Below, piece after piece: positions 28,736-39,000 of a stretch of 64,000 nucleotides of DNA. The stretch lies in IMG/VR virus record IMGVR_UViG_3300038415_000014, positions 64,001 to 128,000 of that record; one strand, 5' to 3'. The notes beneath the pieces were generated by a model, which had not been told where the DNA came from, ran no database searches, and was given only the letters and a program-made list of their open reading frames with translations. This DNA is from a virus. Made by a program: the position numbers and the translations under genes. Positions within the stretch are counted from its first letter, which is position 1. Every line of letters starts with the position of its first letter.

Positions 28736-29113
28736 TCAACCCACAGGGGTGTTCGGCGCCGATTGACCCGACCTGATACTATCAAGCTCAGCTTGAGTGA
28801 GGGCCTTGAGTTGTCCTGTAGCTGAGTCAATCGAAACCGGTTGATTCGGAGACAACCCACGCTCAATGAGAACCCTCTCGAACAACTTCTGGCGCTCGTT
28901 ATCAATCGCACTGGCTGAACGGATCAATTTGACCCTCTCCAGCTCAATGTCCAACAAGCGGTCACCTACTCGAAGACGAGACTCGTTGAGTAAGTTGAAT
29001 CGACCCTTGGTCTCGTCATCGACTGGGTCATCTATAGTAAGTCGCTTCTTCTCTGGGTCAATCTGGGTATCCATCTGAATATCTCCCGAAACGGTAACAG
29101 TCACTTCCAACAA
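28736..29113 (-). CDS. Hypothetical protein
   Basis: 125-aa ORF in the operon direction filling the gap. Confidence 0.6.
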   Translation of the reverse strand: MLEVTVTVSGDIQMDTQIDPEKKRLTIDDPVDDETKGRFNLLNESRLRVGDRLLDIELERVKLIRSASAIDNERQKLFERVLIERGLSPNQPVSIDSATGQLKALTQAELDSIRSGQSAPNTPVG

Positions 29114-29118
29114 GTAGA

Positions 29119-29334
29119 TTAGTCAGGGCATCCTGCGCACCCTCTACGGATGATGTAGGAAATGGAAGGGGCTTGGTCTGGTACTAATTGCAGAACCCCA
29201 TTGACAAACCTGAGTTTGACCAATCTAGCCCCTCTTAGCTTCAACTTGTCGGTACCTTCATTGACTGCACTCAAGCACTTACCAAGGTCATCCGGTAACA
29301 GCACTTCATTGCACTCAAAGGGTACTGGGAACAC
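29119..29334 (-). CDS. Small hypothetical protein
   Basis: 71 aa; GTG start 5 nt after TATACT (possibly leaderless). Confidence 0.45.
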   Translation of the reverse strand: MFPVPFECNEVLLPDDLGKCLSAVNEGTDKLKLRGARLVKLRFVNGVLQLVPDQAPSISYIIRRGCAGCPD

Positions 29335-29368
29335 GAGTGAGTATACACCAAGAGTAGTCGTTCACTCA

Positions 29369-30262
29369 CTACACCCCTAGGAACTTTGAAGGGGCTAGAA
29401 CACCTCGTCCCACGTAAGGACCAAAGCTCGACCTGATACCAGCCCCGTACTTGGGCTGCTGTAAGCCCTTGATGTATTTCACGGTAGCCTTGGCGCGCTC
29501 TAGCTGCTTGTCGAATTGATCAGCAGCCCCTTGCTTCAAGGACTCATACTTGCTTGACTTGTCCAAGTTCAAACTGACCCCACCAATGGAGTAATCGAAC
29601 TCGTCAGCGATCCAATTGGCTTGGAGAGCCCCAATGGCATGAACCTGAGCCCCCATTAGAAGAAGGGTTCTCCACTCAGGCCGTTGCTGCATCAAGTGAT
29701 CTACATGATTGAATGGGGTTCGAGGAGGAGCTGCAATAACCATGTCCAAAGCAAAGTCTATGAATTGAGCAAGCTCTTCACTTTCCCAGATGTAACCAAA
29801 GACCTTGCTAAATTGGTCGATAGTCTCTTCGTGGGCTGGAGGGCGGAACTTGTAGTTCCGGTCCGGGTTCGCATCTCGGAGCATGAACCTCAAGTTTTTG
29901 ATTAGCTCAATCTGGTAACCTGAGAAGAAGTCGTTGGGTGTCGCCACCTCACGATCCTGGATGTTGAACTCTTGCACCACCGACTGAAGAGGACCACCCA
30001 GCATCTCGCGCATGGTCCACCGGACTCGATAGTCTCCAATGTTAGCATCGAGTGGGACAACCAAGCTAACGAAGTACTCACCTATGGAGGAGTTGACCGG
30101 GATCCTCCTCTGGGGGCCAACGAGCACCTCTTGCCCAGTGGTATTGTCGTAGATGGCGTAGTTGATCTCTGCCGCATTGACAGGGTGGCCAGAGGAGTTG
30201 GTCAAGAAGATGTTCAGATCACTACGACCCAGTTGCTGACCTCTTAGAAACGAAGTTCCCAT
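29369..30262 (-). CDS. Head-tail adaptor (neck) protein with N-terminal Ig-like domain
   Basis: IKNLRFMLRD...ELAQFIDFAL...DEFDYSIGGVSL resembles a helical adaptor; N-terminal domain paralogous to 30266..30754. Confidence 0.55.
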   Translation of the reverse strand: MGTSFLRGQQLGRSDLNIFLTNSSGHPVNAAEINYAIYDNTTGQEVLVGPQRRIPVNSSIGEYFVSLVVPLDANIGDYRVRWTMREMLGGPLQSVVQEFNIQDREVATPNDFFSGYQIELIKNLRFMLRDANPDRNYKFRPPAHEETIDQFSKVFGYIWESEELAQFIDFALDMVIAAPPRTPFNHVDHLMQQRPEWRTLLLMGAQVHAIGALQANWIADEFDYSIGGVSLNLDKSSKYESLKQGAADQFDKQLERAKATVKYIKGLQQPKYGAGIRSSFGPYVGRGVLAPSKFLGV

Positions 30263-30265
30263 GTA

Positions 30266-30754
30266 TCACCACCCTCTGGAATTTGCGCAACCACAAGGGT
30301 TAGGCCTGCAGCACCACCGGCAAAAGGGTCGAATGCCCTCATCATGCTCTCCACCTCTCCGACCCATCATTCCTACTCCAGGAGGAAAATACTGAGCAGT
30401 GTCGAATACTTCGAACCCAAACTGCTCTTCCATAAGCGGTCCTTGAAAATACTCCTGAAGTACCCAATTCACGAACCACTGTCCTGGCTGCCCACACTCA
30501 CCGGCGCAGCCCGTGACATAATACTCCCCCAGGGCCGCTTGAACTGGAACTCGATGGCAACAACCAGCGATAAGAGGGTGATGGGGAACCGCCGGACGGT
30601 CCTCGTAGTGCTTCTTTGGTTGGTAAAGGAGAGTGTACCTGACGCTATGAGGGTCAAGTGGGTTACCAGCAGTGTCGGTGATGTAGATGGGCAGATCCCC
30701 GCGCTGGAACGGGTGACCCCATTTGAACACACCTGGACTGGACTTAACTATCAT
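30266..30754 (-). CDS. Ig-like virion protein, paralogue of the adaptor N-terminal domain
   Basis: FQRGDLPIYITDTAGNPLD vs LGRSDLNIFLTNSSGHPVN; GEYYV vs GEYFV; Cys-rich tail. Confidence 0.65.
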   Translation of the reverse strand: MIVKSSPGVFKWGHPFQRGDLPIYITDTAGNPLDPHSVRYTLLYQPKKHYEDRPAVPHHPLIAGCCHRVPVQAALGEYYVTGCAGECGQPGQWFVNWVLQEYFQGPLMEEQFGFEVFDTAQYFPPGVGMMGRRGGEHDEGIRPFCRWCCRPNPCGCANSRGW

Positions 30755-31157
30755 CCTTACCTACGGGTCCGACAAATGAAACCTTCAAGCCTCCGCCAGG
30801 GGGCTCGATTCCCGTCCCAGAGTGCACATCGTAATCCTGTCCGAGAACCTGAAGCGCGGGCGGGTAACTCAACAGGAGTCGCCAATACCCTGTAGCATTA
30901 GGACGCCATCTGATTCCGTACAACCCGGTAGAGGTCGGATCAAAGTAGACCTGCCCAGAGGTTACCTGAGAATCAAGTACCCCATCACCCGACACGAGGG
31001 GCCAAGAGAGAACATTGTTCTCGTAATAGACTTCCAGCTCCAATTGAGAGTGGATCAGATCTGTGACTCGGGTATATCCGTCACTCACCTCAAAGAACTG
31101 AGCCAGGTCGTACACGACCTGGTTGTTGTATACGAGCCGTCCTCTAGTCGTTTGCAT
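30744..31157 (-). CDS. Beta-rich virion protein, paralogue of the 31190..31843 C-terminal domain
   Basis: SWPLVSG..QVTSGQVY..GLY..RW.PN..GYWRLLLSYP. Confidence 0.7.
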   Translation of the reverse strand: MQTTRGRLVYNNQVVYDLAQFFEVSDGYTRVTDLIHSQLELEVYYENNVLSWPLVSGDGVLDSQVTSGQVYFDPTSTGLYGIRWRPNATGYWRLLLSYPPALQVLGQDYDVHSGTGIEPPGGGLKVSFVGPVGKDDS

Positions 31158-31189
31158 GTCATTGGATAGCTTCTAACAAATGTTCCTGA

Positions 31190-31843
31190 CTACCTCTTGA
31201 TGAATGACGCACGTATACCAGATGAGACTGGAACGAACGTTGGCAAAGCCACATCATAAGCCAGAGACACCGCTTGGTCATACAATGGATAGGTAAGGAG
31301 AATCCGCCATGAACCAATCACATTGGGGAAGAACCGAACCGTGTAGAACCCACTCAGGAATTCAGTCCAATACACTTGCCCTGCAGTGACTTGAAGATCT
31401 TGAACAGTCGCCCCATTCACCAACGGCCAGCTCACCTGAGACCCATTGAAGAACAACTTCAGGTTCAAGTCAGCTACGGTGACTCCTTGCGAGCGGGTCT
31501 TACCATCAGGCCTGAAGAAGTCCACCTGGTCGAGCACCAGCCTACTGACGTTGACATTCCTACTCGGAGGCTGATACCGGATCGGAGATTGAACCCCAAG
31601 ACTGACTGTTGGCTCTGGTACTAGCCCTGAGGATCCATCAAATCGTGCGCGAGCAGTATACTTGACCCCCGCATGGGCTGAGAACGAGGAAGAGCCCACC
31701 AGGTTGGTTCTTCCAGCATACTTGACCCTAGCATGAGCTGAGAAGGATGATGACCCTCCTAGACCTATTGCAAATGCTTCAGAAGCATGTGTGTCTAGAG
31801 AGGAGCTACCCGATAAAACAACACTCAGATCAATCAAAGCCAT
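31190..31843 (-). CDS. Beta-rich virion protein with short N-terminal repeats
   Basis: GSSSFSAHA.VKY twice; C-terminal SWPLVNG..QVTAGQVY..GFY..RF.PN..GSWRILLTYP. Confidence 0.7.
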   Translation of the reverse strand: MALIDLSVVLSGSSSLDTHASEAFAIGLGGSSSFSAHARVKYAGRTNLVGSSSFSAHAGVKYTARARFDGSSGLVPEPTVSLGVQSPIRYQPPSRNVNVSRLVLDQVDFFRPDGKTRSQGVTVADLNLKLFFNGSQVSWPLVNGATVQDLQVTAGQVYWTEFLSGFYTVRFFPNVIGSWRILLTYPLYDQAVSLAYDVALPTFVPVSSGIRASFIKR

Positions 31844-31882
31844 TGGTCACCCTCGGAAATCACCCCGTTGGGTACTCAATGA

Positions 31883-32293
31883 TTAGGTCTCGTTGACAAT
31901 GACTGCGCCAATTGCGAACGAAACCTGGTCACCTATGCCGACAATCTTTTGGACAGCCAAGGGTCCCTCGTAAAGCATTGTACCGATACCGAGGGTAGCA
32001 ACATCCATAACACCCGCCCAACCGATGGTACCCCAAGCGCCGACTGCAACGGAGTAGGTGATTGCAACGGAGTTCGAAACCGAACCACTGGCAATTGTAC
32101 CCCAAGTCAGAGCCTGCCGAGCATAGTCACCCGAGGTTGGGACTACTTCACCTGTGATGATCCCAGATACTGTTGGGTCTGTCGTGAAGAGAGCGAGGTA
32201 TACAGTGGCTGGCCAAGAATAGCCGAACTGAGCATTGTTCTTCAGAACCCTATCAAGGACCGAGTTTGCCAATGTGGTGGTCTTTGCAGCCAT
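31883..32293 (-). CDS. Small beta-rich minor tail/fibre-type protein
   Basis: YLALFTTDP...YARQALTW...AWGTI...GPL...IGDQVSF, a pattern common in phage minor tail proteins; AGGAG SD. Confidence 0.65.
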   Translation of the reverse strand: MAAKTTTLANSVLDRVLKNNAQFGYSWPATVYLALFTTDPTVSGIITGEVVPTSGDYARQALTWGTIASGSVSNSVAITYSVAVGAWGTIGWAGVMDVATLGIGTMLYEGPLAVQKIVGIGDQVSFAIGAVIVNET

Positions 32294-32396
32294 TTCGGTG
32301 TCTCCTACCTATTACCCTAGGACAAGTGATCTCTGACCTGCTACCAACAGAAGCATCAATAGATTGTTGGCGGAAGGCCGTGCTCACCCAAACGGC

Positions 32397-32657
32397 TCAA
32401 GAAGCGGTCATGTGGCAGATCGACTTTAATGATTTCACGTTGTTCGCGTAAGGTTGGGCAGATACCTTGGCAGTGTTGTTGAACCAACCCACTTTCAACT
32501 CCTCGATATTTGCAATCGAGGTGTCGAAGACGAAGAACATCCGATTCCCAGATTCTCGGTCCGTACGCTTCAGCGGAACTCCAGCAGTCTGCAAATAAGC
32601 AGCGAAGTACAAGTCCGCGGTACGAAATTCCTTAGAACCATTCTCTTTAGCTGACAT
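32397..32657 (-). CDS. DUF5659-like small protein
   Basis: FRTADLYFAAYL..G..L..R.FFVF..Y.NNVKSLK pattern. Confidence 0.6.
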   Translation of the reverse strand: MSAKENGSKEFRTADLYFAAYLQTAGVPLKRTDRESGNRMFFVFDTSIANIEELKVGWFNNTAKVSAQPYANNVKSLKSICHMTAS

Positions 32658-32710
32658 TTATGCCTCATTTGGGATCTGAATTTTATGTGAAATCTGGGTA
32701 TACATCTAAG

Positions 32711-32734
32711 CAGGCCCGACTCGCGCCGGGCCTG
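32711..32734 (-). terminator. GC-rich hairpin with GNRA (GCGA) tetraloop after 32753..33871
   Basis: CAGGCCCGGC-GCGA-GTCGGGCCTG, 10-bp stem with one wobble; U-tail is weak. Confidence 0.55.
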
Positions 32735-32752
32735 AGGAGGACATGAGGACAA

Positions 32753-33871
32753 TTACAGAGCGTACTTGTTGGAGATCATGTCGTTAACTTCGACAATGAC
32801 CCAAGTCTTGCCAGTGGTCGGGACGGTCGGAATGGTTGCCGTCGCGGCAATGAGCGAAGCCGGGACAACAATCGAGGTGTCCGAGATAGTACCACCAGCA
32901 GCCAAGATTTGAGCACTAGTGATACGTCGACCACCAAGACCACTGATGATCACGGTTGAGGTATAGAGACCATACCCTAGCAAGCCACCTGAGGCGCCAT
33001 TGATGGTAAGGCTACCTGAGAGGGACAGGCTGGTGATGACCGGAGTCAAGACCGTGTAGAGACTGGTTGATGTCGAGGAGGCATTCACATCTTGAACGAC
33101 CTGGATGGCTTGCCCTGCTGACGCCGGAGGGTGATTGAGGTCACCTCTTGAGTCAGGACAGAAGCTCGAAGACAGATATCCGTGAATAGAACCAGCCAGG
33201 AAGCTCTTCTTGACCGAGTCAGTCTCCACGAAGTGGTAACCGAGCATGTTCTGAAGGGCAACTACCTGAGCGTTGGAGGCGCCAGCTAGCCCTATGATAG
33301 CCTTGATGGCCGTCGCAGAGATGTCTATTGTGGGGACCGGAGTACCCCCGGCGTAACTGGGAACCGTGGCCGTGATCAGAGTAGCTGCAACCTCCACCGC
33401 CACACTGACTGAAATGGTACCATTGAAGTCAGTTGTTGGGGTGACAGCCAGGGTGGCTGTGGTGGAAGCAGCAAATGTAACTGAAGTGGTTCCGGAGATA
33501 GCACCAGTAGTCCCACCACCAAAGGTAGCCGTCACGGTACCAGCAGTACTGCCAGTGATTGTGATGGTTAGGGTGTAGACCTGAAGAGCTACAGCGGCCA
33601 AGGTGTTGGTTAGAGCTGTAGTATTCCCAGTATTGTGGGTAAAGGAGTTGTAAGTCCCTGTCCACCCAGTAGCGGTCCACCCAGTCGACTTGAGGAGCTG
33701 GTTGAGCCCCTGAGCATCCAAGTACTTCTGAATGTTGGTTCGGTTCGGACGAGAGACATACCTGGTCTGTCCCTTAGGAGACTCAGTTGTCGGATTGTTC
33801 TGCGAAGTCGATTCGACGTCCGAAATGAAAAGAGGGTTCTTGATATCGCTTCGGATAACTACTAGAAACAT
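32753..33871 (-). CDS. Thr/Ser-rich virion surface protein with one IPT-like repeat
   Basis: Shares a 95-aa module with the sheath and the AGGT.S.TSIVVPASL motif with 34260..35798. Confidence 0.65.
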   Translation of the reverse strand: MFLVVIRSDIKNPLFISDVESTSQNNPTTESPKGQTRYVSRPNRTNIQKYLDAQGLNQLLKSTGWTATGWTGTYNSFTHNTGNTTALTNTLAAVALQVYTLTITITGSTAGTVTATFGGGTTGAISGTTSVTFAASTTATLAVTPTTDFNGTISVSVAVEVAATLITATVPSYAGGTPVPTIDISATAIKAIIGLAGASNAQVVALQNMLGYHFVETDSVKKSFLAGSIHGYLSSSFCPDSRGDLNHPPASAGQAIQVVQDVNASSTSTSLYTVLTPVITSLSLSGSLTINGASGGLLGYGLYTSTVIISGLGGRRITSAQILAAGGTISDTSIVVPASLIAATATIPTVPTTGKTWVIVEVNDMISNKYAL

Positions 33872-33886
33872 TGAGTCCTCCTGAAC

Positions 33887-34252
33887 TTAGACCGGCTGCA
33901 AATGGCCACGAGCTTGATCAATCTTGAGGTAGCGTAGGATGTTGCCGTAAACGGTATAGAAGTCCGCTACCGCTTGGCCAAAGGCAAGCTGATTAGCCAA
34001 GCGAACATACTTTGCACGTCGAAGGATGAACTCAAGATGACGTACACTCTTCAGGTAAAAGGCGGCCCTCTCAAGAGTCTTGAACTCTTCTTCGGAAGCC
34101 TTCACGAGTGAGTAGCGCTGGTTCATATCCTTGACGAGCTTCTGAGTTTGAATAGGTAAAAACAGATGCTTGGGACGCCAAACGTTGTCAATCCTCTGGA
34201 AATCTCCTGTGGTCTCCTGATCCAGGATCTTGATGAGATTTGGCGTCCCCAC
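33887..34252 (-). CDS. Hypothetical basic protein
   Basis: 121-aa ORF in the operon direction. Confidence 0.6.
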   Translation of the reverse strand: MGTPNLIKILDQETTGDFQRIDNVWRPKHLFLPIQTQKLVKDMNQRYSLVKASEEEFKTLERAAFYLKSVRHLEFILRRAKYVRLANQLAFGQAVADFYTVYGNILRYLKIDQARGHLQPV

Positions 34253-34259
34253 TTAGCAC

Positions 34260-35798
34260 TCATGACGAAGTTAGAGCCACAGCGGGAGTTGACGTGTGTG
34301 TGTTCGCTGTAACTGCTGCTGAATCGACGGTTATGGCGATCCCAGACGGAAGGGCCGCAACTGGAATGACAATCGAGGTTGCAGTGAACGTGGTGAAGCT
34401 GGTAGCCGCTACAGTACCCGCATGAGTCCCAGTGATAGCTACTGTGGTCAGATTCGGCAGAACCGAGAGGAACCCTGTACCGGTCAGGGTCAGGATTCCA
34501 GCAGCAAAGACTGCCTTGCTGACCGTAGGAGTTGCTAGGGTTGCAGTCATCGTGTAGGCTGCAGTCGTCATAGCATCAGCTGTAACCGCCACAGTGCTCG
34601 TCCCGATGGTGAGAACCGGTAGTAACGAAGCCGGGACAACAATCGAAGTAGCACCAACGCTTCCACCAGCTGTTGTGATCTGAGAAGAAGTCAGGGTTAC
34701 AGTAGTCGCCCCAACGACGGTCACCGAGGTCACATCCGGAGCCAAGGAGAGGAAATTGGTACCACCGATGGTTAGGTTGCCTGTACCACCGGCATCGACT
34801 ACGCCGGTCGCGATAGTCGGAGTCGCAGAGGTGATCAGAACAGCTGTAGAGGTCGTAGAATCAGCTGTAACCGATACTGTTGTGGTTCCGACTGCAATAG
34901 TCGGGAGCAAACTCGCCGGGATGACAATCGAGGTGTCGGCAAAACTTCCTCCACCTGCAGCAGCAATAGCAGCAGCCGTGAGAACCGTCGATCCTACTGT
35001 CACCGTTGACAGATCCGGAGCCAGCGAAACGAAGTGAGTACCAGTAAGGGTCAAAACTCCGGTACTGACTACAATCACCGCGGTAGTGATGGTCGGAGCC
35101 GCAGAGGTGATCAGAGCCGTAGCTGACTTGTTGTTTGCATTGACCGTCACAGTTGTCGTTCTGACCGCAATGGTTGGAAGTAAACCAACCGGAATGACAA
35201 TCGAGGTTGCAGTAAAAGTTCCTCCTGCCCCTGTGATGGTAGCCGAGGAGAGCGTTGTGGTACCAATCTTCACCGAGGATACATCCGGGGATACCGAGAG
35301 GAATGTAGTACCAGTGATGGTCAGAGCTTCTGGACTAACCACAATAACTGCTGAGCTAATTACCGGAGCTACTGTAAGGGTAGGGTCTATTGTAGTCACG
35401 GTGATGAGGGGATAGGTTGCATGCCCAGCAATTGTACTAGCTAAAGCTGCAATGACTCCATGATCCTGACTCAATAGAACCCTGTCCGAAAGGTTCACAT
35501 CAATGTACCCAGGAACTGTGGTGCTATGAACCCCACCGGGTAGGATCTCCCATAGTGGGATGTAACACTTTTGCTTCGGATAGTTAACTTCAGGGAGAGT
35601 ACTGGAGTCACGCCCTGCAGTACTACCATCTCTTCGATAACTGGCTGGGGCCAACTTACCGCCCGCGACTAGTACAGGGCTGCCATTGACCCTAGCCCTA
35701 ACCAGCCCACATCTTGCAGATTTGTTGGGGAGTCCATCGTCAATATCACTGACGAGGATAGAACCTGAAATAGTCTGGTTATGGATGAGCCTCAGCAT
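34260..35798 (-). CDS. Thr-rich virion surface protein with four IPT/TIG-like Ig repeats
   Basis: Four units of about 90 aa: P.I...LT(I/L).GT.F.S..PD...TSIV(I/V)P..L; AGGAG SD. Confidence 0.75.
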   Translation of the reverse strand: MLRLIHNQTISGSILVSDIDDGLPNKSARCGLVRARVNGSPVLVAGGKLAPASYRRDGSTAGRDSSTLPEVNYPKQKCYIPLWEILPGGVHSTTVPGYIDVNLSDRVLLSQDHGVIAALASTIAGHATYPLITVTTIDPTLTVAPVISSAVIVVSPEALTITGTTFLSVSPDVSSVKIGTTTLSSATITGAGGTFTATSIVIPVGLLPTIAVRTTTVTVNANNKSATALITSAAPTITTAVIVVSTGVLTLTGTHFVSLAPDLSTVTVGSTVLTAAAIAAAGGGSFADTSIVIPASLLPTIAVGTTTVSVTADSTTSTAVLITSATPTIATGVVDAGGTGNLTIGGTNFLSLAPDVTSVTVVGATTVTLTSSQITTAGGSVGATSIVVPASLLPVLTIGTSTVAVTADAMTTAAYTMTATLATPTVSKAVFAAGILTLTGTGFLSVLPNLTTVAITGTHAGTVAATSFTTFTATSIVIPVAALPSGIAITVDSAAVTANTHTSTPAVALTSS

Positions 35799-36092
35799 CT
35801 AACAGCTCCTAGCTAGTGAGTGGACAGGGTTCAATGGGATAAGCCCTATAAGAAGATCAACCGGGGACCAACTCGCCGGAAGGAGTTCAGTCAAGCTGTC
35901 CTTGGTCATACTGCTGTAGGGCATAAAGAAAAACTCAAGCCAACGCTGGGGTGCAATAAGTGACCAGTTTTCACTAGGTCACGGGTCCTCAGATACTCTA
36001 GTGGCCTGTCGGTGTTTGCAGGTCTACGGGCCTATTTAGAAAGATAGCCATCCTTCTAGCTGATAATAGGTGACTTAGGTGTAGGAGTAGCC

Positions 36093-39000
36093 ATGACTAT
36101 TGCTGGCATCAGAGTCCTCACCATCGGAAAGACATTCAGTCTACCCCACAATGTCGCGCATATCGAAGGTACAACCCACCTACTCGAAACAATCGCCACC
36201 TTTAGACCAGATGTCATAGTCACCCCCGAGTATGTACCAGGAGCGCTCACTCAGGCTTGCCACGAGTTGAGGAAACGGTGGATCCATGTTCCGCCTGACG
36301 TGTCCGCTGAGGAGCTTTGTTCACTAGTCGAGGGATGCTACTCGTTCAACCTTTGGACTGAGAATCAATTCGCAAAAGATCACCCGATGGTCTCTGTATA
36401 TACCCCTACTCATGACTCAGGAGACTACCTGCAGGATACATTCCAGTCGCTGCGAGGTCAGACCTATGCCAACTGGGAATGGGTTGTCGTAGATGACCAC
36501 TCCTCAGACAAGACCTGGGCCAGGCTCCAAGAGTTCGCAGCCCAGGATTACCGAGTTCGACCATTCCAAAGTGGTATGCACCTAGGTAAAATAGGTGCAC
36601 TCAAAGACCTGACTACCAGACTCTGCAGGGGAAAGTACCTTGTTGAACTAGACCACGACGATATGCTTACAGAAACAGCTTTGGATGAGGTAAAGAATGC
36701 CTTCGAAGCTCACCCTGATGTTGGTATGGTTTACACAAATAGTGCTTCGTTCTATGAGAACGGGAACCCTCAACGATTCTCAGGATCACCATGGGATGAT
36801 CCCAATAGGTACCGCGAGGTTGAGTACCACGGGCGAAAGTACTTGGAGTGCAGCAACCCGAATATTTATGATCGATTTGGACCACATTTCACTCAGGTAT
36901 TCGGTTGGTTCCTCACAGTAGGCCCCCACCACATCCGGGCGTTTCGAGCAGACACCTTCCGCCAGCTGGGAGGCTACAACCCAGAGCTACCTATCGCGGA
37001 TGACTGGGACCTGTATGCCAGGTTCTTCCTAGAGTCTAAGTGCTTCCACATAGACAAGCTCCTGTACTTGTATCGGTACCGAGATGGTTTTGGCAATGTT
37101 ACCTTCCAACGCCTCCAGTCCATTCAAGACCACTTGGCCCTAGGTCGAAACCACTACGTTGAAAGATTCAGGAGGAAGAACGAGGAGCTACTGGCTAGCC
37201 AAACCCCTGTCTTCGTGGTCAACGACCCAACACCAAAACCTTGCCCAGATGAGAGCCCATCCGCCAGTATCTCATTCGTTGTTCTAGATGCCACTGGCAA
37301 GGATAACGCGGTTGACTGCCTGAAGAGCCTGAAGCTCTATGCCCCTGATGCAGAGATTATCCTAGTCGAGAATGGTTGTGATTCAAAAGCTCGAAAAGAG
37401 GCTCATACTGCTCTGACAAGCTCTCATAACCTTGGGTTCGGAGCTGGATGCAACTTAGGTGCTAGTGCGGCCACCCGTCCGTACTTGTGCTTCATTAATG
37501 ATGATGCAGCCCTCGTGGACGCGGAGACTATCCCAAAGCTCCTAGTTGCTGCCAAGATGAATGCCATTGCTGGGGCCTACTCGGACCGGGCAAAGCCTCC
37601 TCAAGGAGACTGGTCACCTGAGTCAGCACCAAAGGCGGACCAAGTTCTACCCATGGTAGCCGGGCTCTGCATGGTGATGTCCAAGAGCCTGTTTGACTCT
37701 CTCGGAGGGTTTGACCCACGCTTCTTGACCTGGGAGGATGATGACCTCTGTGTCAGGGCTAGACGCCGAGGGGCGAGCTGTGTAGCTGTCGGAGGAACCT
37801 TCGTTCATCACAAGGGTCACCAGACCTTCGAGGCCATGAAGCTCGACCATGTGGCGGTCGAGGACAAGAACCATAGGCTATTCAACCTAAAGCACCCAAA
37901 GATCAAGATCATTGCCATTGCCAAGAATGAGGAGAACTGCATTGTCGAGTTCTTCAAGCAGTTCGAGTCAATCACACACGATTGGTACATGCTCGACACG
38001 GGCTCGACAGACAGAACAATAGAACTGGCTGATTCTATTGGAGTTAGAGTGGAATCTGCTCCGTTCGTGGACTTTGCCACTACCCGCAACCAAGCTTTGA
38101 ATACCTTTGACCCAAAGGAGTGTTGGACTGACTCAGAAGGTAGCTGGGTTATCATGCTCGACCCTGACGAGCGCTTGGACAAGCAAACCATCGCTGCCAT
38201 CCCTGAACTGATCTTCAACAGGCGTATCGTCTCGCAGAGCGCGTTTGATACTTATCTTGCACCCCTGACCGCTGTATACCCAGACGGAAGTAGAAAAGAA
38301 TTTGTAGCCAAGCCATTCCTTTTCAAGAACAACAGCACCTCCAAATGGGTTTTCAAGGTTCATGAGAAGTGGGTAACTGAGGACCATTGCTCGTGTCATG
38401 GTCAATGCGCGATAGTCACCAACGCACTCATCGAGCATCGGATTGAGTTCCACACAGGCAAGCATCGCGATGGGGCCGAAGACCTGTACTCCAGGTTGAT
38501 GTCCGAGGAGCCCTACTTCCAAGACCCAGAGTACAAGGCCAAGATGCGTGAGGATCATCCCATACTCGACTATGATCACACGGATGACCCTCGGATAGCC
38601 AAGATCCAAGCGGGTCCACTGGTCAGCGTGGTAATCCCAACGTACAAGAGAACAGACTTACTAAGAAAAGCCGTACTCTCTGCCCTAACTCAATCGTACA
38701 AGACGCTGGAAGTCATTATTGTTGGGGATCACTGTCCAGAGTTGGATTCGGCTGCGTTCGACGTGAGTCCCTACTCAGAAGAGCCACGAGTCAGGGTCAT
38801 CAATCTGGCAGAGAACCATGGGGCTGGTGGAGCAGAGCCCAGGAACATAGCCATCAACCTAGCTACCGGGCAGTACATCGCCTATCTGGATGATGACAAC
38901 ACCTGGGCGAAAGACCACGTGAGCAACTTGCTGACTACCATCTTGGCGGAGAAGTCTGTCTGGGGTTGGTCGTCGATGATGGTCAATGGGGTCGACCTGA

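Noticed and set aside
35799-36092. Small ORF (about 40 aa) in the divergent intergenic region
   Set aside because: It has no SD and no notable composition; the region is better explained as divergent promoters.
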